Positions 19,322 to 29,967 are shown, counted from the first letter of the stretch. The stretch: 64,000 bases of DNA from Candidatus Pacearchaeota archaeon (GCA_018304045.1 JAGVWZ010000016.1:18063-82062), one strand, 5' to 3'. Translations and numbers: made by a program. Notes: generated by a model from the letters alone, not told the origin.

Positions 19322-20287
19322 ATGATACATACAATGCAATCTAAACAAAGTAATCTTTTAGTAATTGTACTTACAATTTCAATACTATCAATCATAATTA
19401 TAACAGGCCCTGCAAAAGCCTTTGTTTTAAACCTAACATCTGACAAATCTAGTGTAACAATAGGGGATTCATTAGTATTTAATGCATCAATTAGCATAGT
19501 AGACGAAAGTTTGCCAATTGAAAAGATAATTCTAGAACTAGAGGGTCCTGAAAATATATCCTGTGAATTTCAACCAGATTCAACAATTTTAACAGGTTGT
19601 AAGGGAATTTCAATTAAAAAAATAACAGGAGATTCTTCTGAATATGGCTATAACTATGGATATAATGAAGGTTATAGCTATGATTTTGGCTATGGCTATG
19701 GTTATCTAGGGGATTTAACCTATGAAATAACTCTTTCAACTGCAGATTATCTAACAGGAGAATACAAAACAAAACTAGTAGTCCCAATGGATAATAAGAA
19801 TTTTACAAAAGATGGGCCAACTTTAAACATAAACGCAGTTGTTGTTTCCACAACACCGAATAGACATAATTCTACAACAAGAACTGTTATATGTACATCA
19901 GCTAATTGGCAATGCACTGATTGGAGTCAATGTATAAACGGCTATGAAACAAGAATATGTACTAATTCTAATGATAATTGTTTACTATATCTAATACCTA
20001 ATCAAACAAGAACCTGTTTAATTGAAAACAACAATACAAACTCAAATAATCTGGGAAATTTGAACGAGAATATAACAAACTCTACAACAGAAAATCTTTT
20101 TCAAACCAATAGACTTTCAGGAATAACAGGAGCTGTTATTGGAAGCCTAGGAAGCACTCCTGGAAAAATAATCATATTCCTAATAATCACAATCTTAATA
20201 CTTTTATCAATAGTATTTGGAGCAATATCTTTCCTAAGGTATAAAAGATTTAAAACAACAAATACTCTAAAATTAGAAACTCAATAA
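19322..20287 (+). CDS. secreted/surface protein with YG repeats and Cys-rich segment
   Basis: Signal peptide, YGYNYGY..GYGYGY, WQCTDWSQC, ITGAVIG plus C-terminal TM. Confidence 0.75.
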   Translation: MIHTMQSKQSNLLVIVLTISILSIIIITGPAKAFVLNLTSDKSSVTIGDSLVFNASISIVDESLPIEKIILELEGPENISCEFQPDSTILTGCKGISIKKITGDSSEYGYNYGYNEGYSYDFGYGYGYLGDLTYEITLSTADYLTGEYKTKLVVPMDNKNFTKDGPTLNINAVVVSTTPNRHNSTTRTVICTSANWQCTDWSQCINGYETRICTNSNDNCLLYLIPNQTRTCLIENNNTNSNNLGNLNENITNSTTENLFQTNRLSGITGAVIGSLGSTPGKIIIFLIITILILLSIVFGAISFLRYKRFKTTNTLKLETQ

Positions 20288-20304
20288 TTCTTAATCAAAC
20301 CGAA

Positions 20305-20835
20305 TCAAGCTAAAGAATATACTCCATCTCTTGCTTTATATACAACAGCCCCTCTAAGGTATCCCTGTTCATGGTTCATTGGAAGTGCTAAATTCATTAT
20401 ATGAACTAATTCTTCTGCAGCATCCTCATTTGTATGTCCTGGAAATCTAGCTCTTAAGGAGTATTTTAAGCCAGATAAAGCCCTTGCCTCAGGTTCAATA
20501 CTTCCTCTATTTTCATGCTCAACATTGATTCTATAGTCATCAGGATAGGCTAATAATTCTCTTAATTTAGGATCAAGTTGTAATTCAGCACTTCCTTCAG
20601 ATAACACAAGTTCAAGTCCCTCAGGAGTTTGAGCATCTCTTTTAATATATGGTAAACTTTTCTCAATTCCCCCTTTACTTACAGCACAATCAAAAAAAGC
20701 ATAGGCTTCTCCAACATCAGTTTCACCAGCATTTCCGCACTTTCGTCTAAGAAAATCAGTTCTACTAGGCACAACTTTTCTTTCTTGCCTGTCGATAAAT
20801 GACATGTCTCTAGGGTATACTTCTTTATTTGCCAT
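20305..20835 (-). CDS. hypothetical protein
   Basis: ORF; likely start MANKEVY. Confidence 0.6.
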   Translation of the reverse strand: MANKEVYPRDMSFIDRQERKVVPSRTDFLRRKCGNAGETDVGEAYAFFDCAVSKGGIEKSLPYIKRDAQTPEGLELVLSEGSAELQLDPKLRELLAYPDDYRINVEHENRGSIEPEARALSGLKYSLRARFPGHTNEDAAEELVHIMNLALPMNHEQGYLRGAVVYKARDGVYSLA

Positions 20836-20907
20836 AGGATATAATAGCTTCACAACTATATAAACCTTATCATTAGTGTAACTTAAAAGTAATAACAATA
20901 TAATTGA

Positions 20908-21018
20908 TTATTTTTTTGTTCCTTTTTCTTTGCATTTATTACAAAATCTTTGATGAACCCTTTTAGGAATAAACTCCTTTTTGCATAAGTCACATACCCT
21001 TGATTCTCGTTTTTCCAT
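20908..21018 (-). CDS. 36-aa zinc-ribbon peptide
   Basis: MEKRESRVCDLCKKEF...RFCNKCKEK, two CxxC; not in ORF track. Confidence 0.6.
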   Translation of the reverse strand: MEKRESRVCDLCKKEFIPKRVHQRFCNKCKEKGTKK

Positions 21019-21172
21019 AGTTAATTAAGGATTTTGAACATTATAAACTAATCACTTTGCTCTAGAAGGGATAAATCCCAGGGAGAGAGCGATATTACTC
21101 CCTACTTTTCAGAATTAGATATATAGGCACTGTATTAATAAAATTTATAAGTATTTTAATTCTTAATAATCT

Positions 21173-21487
21173 ATGTATAGAGTTTTTCGTTCTGGAAAAT
21201 ATGAAAAGAGGCTAAATAAATTAGATAAATCCGAATCAGATAGAGTTGTTGATTTTGAACAATCCTTAAAAATTGAGCCTTATAATGGAAAACCTTTAGG
21301 ATATGAATTTTTTAGGGAGAAAAAATTCAATGGAAATAGAATTATATTCTTAATTTATGAACAACATAAATGTGTTTTCCTTGTAGTTATAACTAATAAG
21401 AAAATACAACAACAAGAAATTAATCTGATAAAAGCAAATCTTGATGTTTACAAAGAGGAAATAGAAAAAAGAATAAAAGAACTTTAA
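21173..21487 (+). CDS. RelE-like toxin
   Basis: PYNGKPLGYEFFREKK...RIIFLIY pattern. Confidence 0.7.
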   Translation: MYRVFRSGKYEKRLNKLDKSESDRVVDFEQSLKIEPYNGKPLGYEFFREKKFNGNRIIFLIYEQHKCVFLVVITNKKIQQQEINLIKANLDVYKEEIEKRIKEL

Positions 21488-21618
21488 ATTTCTTTTATAT
21501 TTCCCTGAATTATATCTTTTATACCTTCCGCTATCTCTTTAATAAGTTCTCCATCTACTTCTTTACATTTTATTAATTCTTCATATTCTTCTCTTGAAAT
21601 AGTTATTGTCTCTTCCAT
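21484..21618 (-). CDS. putative small antitoxin
   Basis: MEETITISREEYEEL...IAEGIKDIIQGNIKEI; convergent with RelE-like gene. Confidence 0.6.
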   Translation of the reverse strand: MEETITISREEYEELIKCKEVDGELIKEIAEGIKDIIQGNIKEI

Positions 21619-21713
21619 GATAATTTTAGTATTTTTAGGTTTAAATAATTGTTGGTTATAGCTAAATAATATCCCCTGGGAGAGAGCAAAACAAAAGTTC
21701 ATTCCCTCTGATT

Positions 21714-22196
21714 TTAATCGGATTTATAAAAATCATAAACCTGTTCATCAGCCCATACTCTTTCAGAGTCAGGAACTTCTGTATCCACAGCCCATTTTCT
21801 TTTGTTTTTGGGTGTTGCATTAAGAACATTATTCATAAATTCTAATTTTCTTTCTTTAACTGTTTTTTTATCAGTATCTTCTAATCTCCATCCATTTAAT
21901 ACAAATTCTACAAACCTCATGTGGTCTGGATGTCTCATATAGGCTAACATTTCATCTTCTGAGTCAAATGTGATGTTCATTCCAACATCAAATCTATATA
22001 CTTGAACTGCCCTTCCAGAATCATATCTTGGAGCAACTAAAAAATCTCTAACTCCAGGTATTTGAGCTAGATATCTATTTGCATTATCAATAATTTGCTG
22101 TACAGCTTGAGGATTATTAGGATTAGTTTGATATAAGACTATGTGGCTAAATCCATTACCTAATATTTTTTCTAAATCTACATTCTCAGTTACCAT
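21714..22196 (-). CDS. Dabb (stress-responsive alpha/beta barrel) family protein
   Basis: HIVLY...LAQIPGV...FDSEDEMLAYMRHPDH. Confidence 0.75.
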   Translation of the reverse strand: MVTENVDLEKILGNGFSHIVLYQTNPNNPQAVQQIIDNANRYLAQIPGVRDFLVAPRYDSGRAVQVYRFDVGMNITFDSEDEMLAYMRHPDHMRFVEFVLNGWRLEDTDKKTVKERKLEFMNNVLNATPKNKRKWAVDTEVPDSERVWADEQVYDFYKSD

Positions 22197-22269
22197 AAAT
22201 TTATCAGAATTCTCTAATTTAAAAATCTTTCCATTTTGTAATAACTATATAGTAACAAAAATATAAACA

Positions 22270-22341
22270 TCCCCAGGGAGAGAGTCGAACTCCCGTCATC
22301 CGGTCTACAGCCGAAGGTAATAACCGTTATACGACCTGGGG
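22270..22341 (-). tRNA. tRNA-Tyr(GUA)
   Basis: CCCCAGG/CCTGGGG-A acceptor (archaeal C1-G72), anticodon loop CT-GTA-GA, TTCGACT. Confidence 0.95.
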
Positions 22342-22476
22342 ATCTGATTTTGCCATATATTCCTCCATTCCTCTGAAATCAGGTCCACAGGGAATTGGGA
22401 TAAACATACTAAAAAGTTACTATATTTAAAGATTTGTTTTGAATAAGTTTAAATAATATATATTTTACTGCAGTTT

Positions 22477-22794
22477 ATGGCAAGTACTCATATAAAATCA
22501 GGAAGTCTTGAATGGGAAGTATTAAAACAGGGAATATGTAGAAAGATTCTTTTTAGAGAAGATTCAAGAAATCTTGAAATAGATTTGATAAGATTAGAAC
22601 CTAGTGCACAATCTCCAATTCATACACACAAAGGGGATGAATGGGTCTATGTTTTAGAAGGTTCAATGAGTGATCAAACAGGAACTTATAATCAAGGAGA
22701 TTTTTTAATAAACCAAAAAGGGACAGAACATCAGGTTACTGCCGGAAGAGATGGATGCTTAATCCTTGCATTATATTCTGAAAAACCATATTAA
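22477..22794 (+). CDS. cupin (ChrR-like) domain protein
   Basis: HTHKGDEWVYVLEG...GDF...GTEH. Confidence 0.85.
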   Translation: MASTHIKSGSLEWEVLKQGICRKILFREDSRNLEIDLIRLEPSAQSPIHTHKGDEWVYVLEGSMSDQTGTYNQGDFLINQKGTEHQVTAGRDGCLILALYSEKPY

Positions 22795-22797
22795 TAT

Positions 22798-23004
22798 TTA
22801 TTCTTTACCAACAACAATCTTCTTGATTATATCAACTTTTTTAATAGCATCAAAATTAACAAAACCCTTTTCTCTATAACCATTGACATTTTCTTCATCT
22901 AATTCAATAACCCTAATAATCCTTGAGGAATAATCAATAACACCTACAAAAAATTCAACACTATTATCTAGATAATAGATTTTAACATAATAAATATCAT
23001 CCAT
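22798..23004 (-). CDS. small hypothetical protein
   Basis: ORF abutting the upstream gene. Confidence 0.5.
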   Translation of the reverse strand: MDDIYYVKIYYLDNSVEFFVGVIDYSSRIIRVIELDEENVNGYREKGFVNFDAIKKVDIIKKIVVGKE

Positions 23005-23005
23005 T

Positions 23006-24391
23006 TTACATTAGATTATGTTTAAGTCTGTTAATAAAAAAAGATTTGTTTGATAAACTAGTTTTTACTTCCCCATTTTTTTTATATACTGCTTTTGCAG
23101 AAGGAAGTTCAAATCTACCTACAATTCCAATCTTAGAGTATATTATATAAGAAAAAACCCTTTCTTCTCCTGGATTTAAAACTTCTAGATTCCATTCAAT
23201 TCTTTTATTGACCAAGTCTATATTATCAGGAGATATTGCGCCAAATTTATCATATAAAGTCACTAAAGGAGGTAGTCTATCAACTAAGTTTATTTTTTCA
23301 ACAAATTTCTTTGCTTTAACTTTTAAATGTACTCTTAATGCAAATTCTCCCCCCCTTGTCCTAACATAATAAACTTTCTTTTTCAAGATTAAATCAGTTC
23401 CCAAATATTTTTTAACAAGAAATATTAGAACAATAATCAATATTAATGCAATAATAGGATAAAACCAATTAGTCCTAATAATAATTTTTAATTCTTGACC
23501 AGGAGTTAATTCTTTCTCCCAAAGATAATATTTATTTACACCATAAATTTGACTTCTAGTTGGAGAAACACTTAAAGATGTAAATAAAGAAGATATTAAG
23601 TTTTTTTGAGCTTCAACACTCACAATTTTTTTAGTATTCCCAATATTTTTTCTCACTATTTCAGTTCTCCTTATAAAAAATCCTTCTGTCAGGCTACTTT
23701 GTTCAATATTGTCCTCTTCTAAAAATTTTAAAACAATTTCTTTTTGACCCATTTTATTATTTAATTTTATTTGGGTATTTACTATATACTGACCAGCATT
23801 TAAGTTTCTCAATTTATCTATATTCAAAGGAATTTCAATTATTTTTTCTTCATTAGGCTTAATTGAAAGTTCTGTTTCATAATCAAAAAAAGGAGAATTC
23901 ATTTTTATTTGAACATTATTAAAATCCTTATTAAGAAGGTTCTTAATGGTTATTCCAACTTTATCTGATTTAGTTGTTATATCTCCAGATTGAATAAAAA
24001 AAGAATCAATTAAACTTATTATATTAATCCCTAACTTATCTACAACAATTTCTCCAGCAGAATTTTGAATTATATACTCAAATATCAAAACCCCTTTATT
24101 TTGTATTAAAGAATTATATGGAGTTGCATTTATTCTCAGGGTTTTAGATTGACCTTTTTCTATAAAAAAGACATCAGCAGGCATTATGTCAATTCCAGCT
24201 GCAGAATATATTCTAAAACTATCTGAACTATCTTTATTTTTAATAGTTACATCAAAAAAAACAGGGTCATTGAATTCAGTTATAAAGCTATTTTGTATGG
24301 TTTTTGAACTAACCTCTAAATCAATTGCACTCAAAAGATTTATTGAAATTAATAAACTCAACACAGCTAACCAGATAACTCTTTTTTCCAT
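23006..24391 (-). CDS. membrane-anchored surface protein (Ig-like beta domains)
   Basis: Signal peptide, TM near residue 310-325, beta-rich domains. Confidence 0.7.
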   Translation of the reverse strand: MEKRVIWLAVLSLLISINLLSAIDLEVSSKTIQNSFITEFNDPVFFDVTIKNKDSSDSFRIYSAAGIDIMPADVFFIEKGQSKTLRINATPYNSLIQNKGVLIFEYIIQNSAGEIVVDKLGINIISLIDSFFIQSGDITTKSDKVGITIKNLLNKDFNNVQIKMNSPFFDYETELSIKPNEEKIIEIPLNIDKLRNLNAGQYIVNTQIKLNNKMGQKEIVLKFLEEDNIEQSSLTEGFFIRRTEIVRKNIGNTKKIVSVEAQKNLISSLFTSLSVSPTRSQIYGVNKYYLWEKELTPGQELKIIIRTNWFYPIIALILIIVLIFLVKKYLGTDLILKKKVYYVRTRGGEFALRVHLKVKAKKFVEKINLVDRLPPLVTLYDKFGAISPDNIDLVNKRIEWNLEVLNPGEERVFSYIIYSKIGIVGRFELPSAKAVYKKNGEVKTSLSNKSFFINRLKHNLM

Positions 24392-24460
24392 TTTAAAATC
24401 AATAATTTATGTGTTAATTATATAATAACTGGCATATATAAAGATTTTTATGAATCAACA

Positions 24461-24961
24461 CTAATGTCGCGCTTCTATTGCTAAGAAGGATTTACACTGA
24501 CTAACCATATCTTCTACTTCTTCAATCAGCTTAATTTGGTATTCATCAATTCTACTTTTAATCACATATCTGTCATAAATACCCCTCATAAACTTCCAAA
24601 AAGGCTGATTTTCCCATCTATCTTCATAATCTTTAAGAAGAACTCCCTTAAATTTGACTTCTAATGAACCAGAATCCATCTTAATTTTTTTATCTTCTTT
24701 TTGAACATCCACTGATTTCATACCAAGTATTTGCCATTCTACTTTTATCTGGAATTTAAAATAATCAGAAACCTCTTTAGCAGCTTCCCAGGTTATTTCA
24801 ATCTGTTTTGAGTCTCCAGAAATTTTTTCAGAATAGGACTTTTCTACTATATCATATCCTTCTTCTTTTAACCAGCTATATAAAAAAGCATAAAGGTCTT
24901 TAAAACTAAAGATTCCAGATTGTTTGACTTTTCCTTGATAAACTTTGTCTTTTTCACTCAT
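24461..24961 (-). CDS. hypothetical protein
   Basis: 166-aa ORF with typical codon usage. Confidence 0.7.
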   Translation of the reverse strand: MSEKDKVYQGKVKQSGIFSFKDLYAFLYSWLKEEGYDIVEKSYSEKISGDSKQIEITWEAAKEVSDYFKFQIKVEWQILGMKSVDVQKEDKKIKMDSGSLEVKFKGVLLKDYEDRWENQPFWKFMRGIYDRYVIKSRIDEYQIKLIEEVEDMVSQCKSFLAIEARH

Positions 24962-25042
24962 TCTGCTTATAATAAACCTCTTTTACGTAATTCCTAATTA
25001 ATTGTTCTTTAAAAAATCTTCGTTTTTGGAATATTCTAAAAA

Positions 25043-25192
25043 TGCTCTGTCCGGAATTAAATCTCCTAACTTCGAATATTCTAAAAAATCACTTATTTTT
25101 CTTTATCCCCCTCATTAATTAGGGGGGAGTAAATAAAAATAAGACAATAATAGATTAACTTTTATTAAAAATAAAGGACTCCGGACAGAGCA
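25043..25192. mobile_element. MITE copy 2 (150 bp)
   Basis: TIR TGCTCTGTCCGGA / TCCGGACAGAGCA; 8-bp TSD TCTAAAAA/TTTAAAAA (7/8); internal CCCTCA..TAGGGG and GTAAATAAAAATAAG shared with copy 1. Confidence 0.85.
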
Positions 25193-25235
25193 TTTAAAAA
25201 GTAAGATTTAAATATGGTTTTCAATTAATTAAACA

Positions 25236-25571
25236 ATGACAAAAGAAGGTGTGAGAATAAAAATATTAAGAAGAGATTTTATTTGGGACAGCGTAAGAAT
25301 AAGTTTTTATTTAATGATTGGATTTTGGATAATATTTACAATGTTAGACACAATGATTTTAAAAAAAAATCCAGGACTTTTAATAATTTTATTATCGTTC
25401 CTATGGGTGATTATAACGATTTTTAATTTTGTAACTTCAATAATTCATCTTACAAAATATAGGCAAAGAACATTTGCCATAGTTTCTCTAGTCTTTTCAT
25501 CAATATTCCTATTATTATTTCTCATAGGAATAGGAATTGGAATAGCTCGTCAGATAATTATCCTAGAATAA
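25236..25571 (+). CDS. membrane protein
   Basis: Three hydrophobic segments. Confidence 0.65.
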   Translation: MTKEGVRIKILRRDFIWDSVRISFYLMIGFWIIFTMLDTMILKKNPGLLIILLSFLWVIITIFNFVTSIIHLTKYRQRTFAIVSLVFSSIFLLLFLIGIGIGIARQIIILE

Positions 25572-26123
25572 TTAAATTTCATCCATGCAGCTTTCACACA
25601 TTAATTTTCCATTTTCTAAATATAATATATCATAATTGCCACATTCTTCACAAATTCCTTCTTTTATAGCCTCTCCAGGCCTTTCTGCATTTTTTTTATC
25701 CAAGGGCCAGTTTAGATTATACCCCTCTCTTGCAATTTCAAATAATTCAGGTTGTATTTTTAAAATTTCTTTTAAAGTCAAAAATCCAATAACTTTTTTA
25801 TTTACAGCAACAGGAAGTCTTCTAAACTTTTTCTTTTTCATAAGAACAATTGCATCATAAATATCAGCAGAAGGTTTTATTGTTGTTATTTTCCTAGTAC
25901 AAATATCCCCTGCAATTACATTTGAAAGATCTTTTTTCTTTGAAAGTGCCCACATAATGTCTTTTTCAGTCAATATCCCCTTTAAAAAACCATTTTCTTC
26001 AAGAATCAGACTGCCAACTCTTTTCTTAACCATTAATCTAACAGCAGAAAGTACAGGAATATCAGGTCTTGCAGAAACAAAACTCCGAGTCATAATATCT
26101 CCAACCATAATACCTATTTTCAT
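25572..26123 (-). CDS. CBS-domain protein with C-terminal zinc ribbon
   Basis: VGDIMT...GILTEKDI...RRLPV; GICEECG...MCESC. Confidence 0.9.
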   Translation of the reverse strand: MKIGIMVGDIMTRSFVSARPDIPVLSAVRLMVKKRVGSLILEENGFLKGILTEKDIMWALSKKKDLSNVIAGDICTRKITTIKPSADIYDAIVLMKKKKFRRLPVAVNKKVIGFLTLKEILKIQPELFEIAREGYNLNWPLDKKNAERPGEAIKEGICEECGNYDILYLENGKLMCESCMDEI

Positions 26124-26335
26124 ATGAAGGCACACCTCCCGTGCCGAAGAGCCTGAAAATTCCCAATTTTCTGGATACGAAGTTTCGCGAGAAACGAGGT
26201 TTTCATAAAAAAATTAAGAATAGGAATTATATAATAAATATCAACATATAATATATACATTCTAGTATATATTTCATTCTTTATTAAAATATAAATACCT
26301 TAATTATAATTTAGAAATAATAAAAGGGAGATAAA

Positions 26336-27955
26336 ATGTCAGATAAACAACCAATTTATATTATGCCTGAAAATACTGAAAGAACAATTGGCAGAGATGC
26401 CCAAAGAAACAATATTCTAGCTGCAAAACTAGTTGCAGAAGCAATTAAAACAACCCTCGGTCCAAAAGGTATGGATAAAATGCTTGTAGATTCTTTAGGA
26501 GACATTACAGTTACAAATGATGGAGTAACTATTCTAGAAAAAATGGACATAGAACATCCTGCTGCAAAAATGATGGTTGAAATTGCAAAGACTCAAGAAA
26601 GTGAAGTTGGAGATGGAACAACAACTGCTGTAATGTTAGCAGGAAAATTATTAGAAAATGCAGAAAAATTGCTTGATTTGAAAATACATCCAACAGTCAT
26701 AACAAAAGGATATAAATTAGCATCTGAAAAAGCAAAAGAAATCCTGAATAGAGAATCAATAGAAATAACATTGGATAATGAAGAACTTTTAATAAATATT
26801 GTTAAAACCGCAATGACAGGAAAAGGTGCAGAATCTGAAAAAGAAAAATTTTCAAAAATAATTGTTACTGCAATAAGCCAAATTGAAGAAAATAACAATG
26901 TTAATCTAAATAATATAAAAATAATAAAAAATAAATCTTCTGGCATAGAAGATACAGAACTAATAAGAGGAATTATAATTGATAAAGAGAGAGTTTCAAT
27001 AGACATGCCTCAAAAAATTGAAAATGCAAGAATTGCATTGATAAGTGAGCCATTGGAAGTTAAAAATCCCTCTCAAGAAGCAAAAATTTCAATTTCAACA
27101 CCAAGTCAATTGCAGGATTTCATAAACAGAGAAGAGCAAATGTTAAAACAGATTGTTGAAAAAATTAAACTATCAGGAGCAAATGTTATTTTTTGTCAAA
27201 AAGGAATTGATGATATTGTCCAGTATTATCTTGCAAAAGAAAATATCTATGCAACAAGAAGAGTCCCAAAATCAGACATGGAATCACTTTCTTCTGCAAC
27301 AGGTGCAAGAATAATAAGCAATTTAAATGAATTATCTCCATCAGAACTTGGAAGAGCAAAAATTGTAGAAGAAGTAAAACATGGAGATGAAGCAATGACT
27401 TATGTAAGAGGATGTGAAAATCCAAAAACACTAACAATTTTAATCCATGGCGGAAGTGAACATGTTTTAGATGAAATAGAAAGAGCATTTAAAGATGGTT
27501 TAGGGGATGTTGCCACAGTCATTAAAGATAGAACAATAGTTGCAGGTGCAGGAGCAATTGAAATGGAACTTTCAAAACAATTAAAAGAATTTTCTCAAAC
27601 ACTTTCAGGAAGAGAGCAGCTTGCTGTAAATGAATTTGCAAATTCACTGGAATTTATTCCCTCAACACTAGCTGAAAATGCAGGACTTGACCCAATAGAT
27701 GTTTTAACAGAATTAAAACAAAAACATGATGCAGGAGAAAAATATGCAGGAATAAATATTTTCACAAATAAAGTTGAAGATGTAGTTGAAAAAGGAATTC
27801 TAGAGCCTTCAAGAATAAAAAAACAAGCCATATCCTCTGCAACAGAAGTTGCCATAATGATTCTTAGAATAGATGATGTTCTTGCATCAAAAACAAGTCC
27901 AAGATCAAGCCCATCCATGGGCAGAGGAATGCCTGACATGTCAGGCATGGATTAA
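26336..27955 (+). CDS. ths: thermosome subunit (group II chaperonin)
   Basis: [32 protein letters not shown]. Confidence 0.97.
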   Translation: MSDKQPIYIMPENTERTIGRDAQRNNILAAKLVAEAIKTTLGPKGMDKMLVDSLGDITVTNDGVTILEKMDIEHPAAKMMVEIAKTQESEVGDGTTTAVMLAGKLLENAEKLLDLKIHPTVITKGYKLASEKAKEILNRESIEITLDNEELLINIVKTAMTGKGAESEKEKFSKIIVTAISQIEENNNVNLNNIKIIKNKSSGIEDTELIRGIIIDKERVSIDMPQKIENARIALISEPLEVKNPSQEAKISISTPSQLQDFINREEQMLKQIVEKIKLSGANVIFCQKGIDDIVQYYLAKENIYATRRVPKSDMESLSSATGARIISNLNELSPSELGRAKIVEEVKHGDEAMTYVRGCENPKTLTILIHGGSEHVLDEIERAFKDGLGDVATVIKDRTIVAGAGAIEMELSKQLKEFSQTLSGREQLAVNEFANSLEFIPSTLAENAGLDPIDVLTELKQKHDAGEKYAGINIFTNKVEDVVEKGILEPSRIKKQAISSATEVAIMILRIDDVLASKTSPRSSPSMGRGMPDMSGMD

Positions 27956-28299
27956 TACTTCCCAATATAATAATGTTTAAAAAGAAGTTTAATTAAATAT
28001 AATTATATCAACAGGTCTAGATCCAAATTTAGGATGTAAAACACTTTATGTTTATGGAAATCCTGATGATAAAACAAAACCTAATCCTTGTGTAGAATAT
28101 CTTACTTCCCCCCAGCAGGAGAGCTAGGTAATCAAGGAGTAGGAGATTTAAACTCACTTCTTCCAACTTTTAGAAAACTAATTAATGCAGGTTATAAACT
28201 TCATATAGGTAAACCCAACTCTAGCCCCTCTTGTTTAGATGAAAGAACTTTAAAATTTCTTTTAGAATTTACTCAAAGCAAATAGAAAAATTATAATTT

Positions 28300-28509
28300 T
28301 TATTCCCCACACATTAATTCAGAATATCCTTCAAATAATGGTGCAGGTCCAAGTTCTCTAGCAGGACTTTTTCTAGATGTCTTAACAGCAGGAACAGAAA
28401 TAATTCTTTTAGCTAATCCTCCACAATCACACTTATCTCTATCTCTTAATTCTCTTTGAATTCTTTCATACACCCCACATTTAGTACATTGATATTCATA
28501 GATTGGCAT
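28300..28509 (-). CDS. FmdB-family zinc ribbon protein
   Basis: MPIYEYQCTKCG...CDCGG..KRIIS. Confidence 0.85.
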   Translation of the reverse strand: MPIYEYQCTKCGVYERIQRELRDRDKCDCGGLAKRIISVPAVKTSRKSPARELGPAPLFEGYSELMCGE

Positions 28510-28613
28510 GAATAATTAATTAAAAATCAATTTATAAAAATATAGGTAAAAAATTATATAATCTTATATCATAATACAATAATACTTATAAATCAATAAA
28601 ACATAGAATAAAA

Positions 28614-29135
28614 ATGCTTACTGAATTAGACACATCAGAAGGAAAAAGATATACACCAATTCCTAAACCAGATGTAGACGAATTTAACAGATTATATAAT
28701 GCTCTTCCACACCAAAATTTACCAAATCCAAGGAGAATTCTTGCATTAGATATGGGATCAAGACTCTATATTGAAATGTGTTTAGAAGGTATAAGACCGC
28801 ATATATATGAAAAAACAACAGAAATTTATGACTTATTTGTTAGAGATGAAACTCATTTAGAATTAGTAAGAAGCGGTTGTCCATGGGATCATGCCTCAAA
28901 TCAATTTACAAGCCTATCTGCAGAACAATACAAACAAACAAGAGACAAAGTCCTCGCAGGACTTGCATTAAGGGCAATTGAATTATTCACAGACTGGGAA
29001 GGAAAAATAAGCCCGCCAGGTAGGCGAGATGAACAACAAAACTATGTCCATGATGATAAAAGAAATCTAAGGGCTGACCTAAGAGATTACATAGCAAGAG
29101 CAGAACAATTATTACAACAACCTCAAGCAGCCTAA
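28614..29135 (+). CDS. hypothetical protein, paralog A
   Basis: Shares RLYN, YIE.CLE, DET..EL.RS, RNLR.DL with next ORF. Confidence 0.7.
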   Translation: MLTELDTSEGKRYTPIPKPDVDEFNRLYNALPHQNLPNPRRILALDMGSRLYIEMCLEGIRPHIYEKTTEIYDLFVRDETHLELVRSGCPWDHASNQFTSLSAEQYKQTRDKVLAGLALRAIELFTDWEGKISPPGRRDEQQNYVHDDKRNLRADLRDYIARAEQLLQQPQAA

Positions 29136-29181
29136 GCTTAATAACAACAATATTTAAAAATAAACAAGAATTATATAAAAA

Positions 29182-29664
29182 ATGAGATTATATAATTGTC
29201 TTTTGCAACAATCCTGGTTTGAAGGATTGCCAGAAGCAAGAATTCCCTATGGCGATGAAGATAAAATTAGAGAATATTTTGATTCTTCTGAACTTTCAAA
29301 AGAAATATCCCCAGATGATTTTTTATTTGTTATAAGAAAAAGAATTTATATTGAATGGTGTTTAGAACAAGAATCAAAAGGCCTTAAAACTGGAGAAGGA
29401 AGGGATTTTGATTATAGGGTCTATGAAAAATTCATAGCAGATGAAACTATTTATGAATTAGAAAGATCAACTGCTCCTGAAGAAAGAAGTGATAGGGGAG
29501 TTTACTATGGGGCAAGACATAGAGTTTTAGAAGCATTTGTTCAAAATGCAGCACTTTTTTTAAAAGAAAATCAAGGTATTGATGGAAAGGATGGTAACCA
29601 TAGAAATTTAAGATGTGATCTAAAACCTTTCTTAGAAAGAATGCATCAACAAACCGCAGCATAA
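29182..29664 (+). CDS. hypothetical protein, paralog B
   Basis: See paralog A. Confidence 0.7.
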   Translation: MRLYNCLLQQSWFEGLPEARIPYGDEDKIREYFDSSELSKEISPDDFLFVIRKRIYIEWCLEQESKGLKTGEGRDFDYRVYEKFIADETIYELERSTAPEERSDRGVYYGARHRVLEAFVQNAALFLKENQGIDGKDGNHRNLRCDLKPFLERMHQQTAA

Positions 29665-29709
29665 AATATAATTAATTTACAATTAGCATCAATTTTTATC
29701 TACTTATCT

Positions 29710-29967
29710 TTAATATTCTATTTCAACCTTTGTTCCTTTAGGAACCGCTAGAACTAAAAGAGGAACTCCGCTACACAAAGGACAACCAGAACTATAATCT
29801 GCTTTTCCAGGCTTTGAACTTCCTATTAAAGGTTTTGCAGGAACACTTAAAACTCTTTCAGCAAGTCCGCCACAATCAATACATGATTGGGTTTTAGAAG
29901 CAGTGCTAGGTTCAAGTTGATCATATAATCTATCACATTGGTTACATCGATATTCATAGATTGGCAT
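29710..29967 (-). CDS. FmdB-family zinc ribbon protein
   Basis: MPIYEYRCNQC...CIDCGG..ERVLS. Confidence 0.85.
   Translation of the reverse strand: MPIYEYRCNQCDRLYDQLEPSTASKTQSCIDCGGLAERVLSVPAKPLIGSSKPGKADYSSGCPLCSGVPLLVLAVPKGTKVEIEY

Larger units (their letters stand above)
21076..21686 (-). repeat. tRNA-Tyr 3'-end copies bounding cassettes
   Basis: TCCCAGGGAGAGAG at 21076 and TCCCCTGGGAGAGAG at 21672 vs tRNA end TCCCCAGGGAGAGAG at 22270. Confidence 0.85.

Noticed and set aside
26356..27948. Antisense ORFs within the thermosome gene (and similar shadow ORFs elsewhere)
   Set aside because: Opposite-strand shadows of well-supported genes.
28088..28285. 65-aa ORF after thermosome
   Set aside because: Non-ATG start and no recognisable motif; may be a gene fragment, not supportable.
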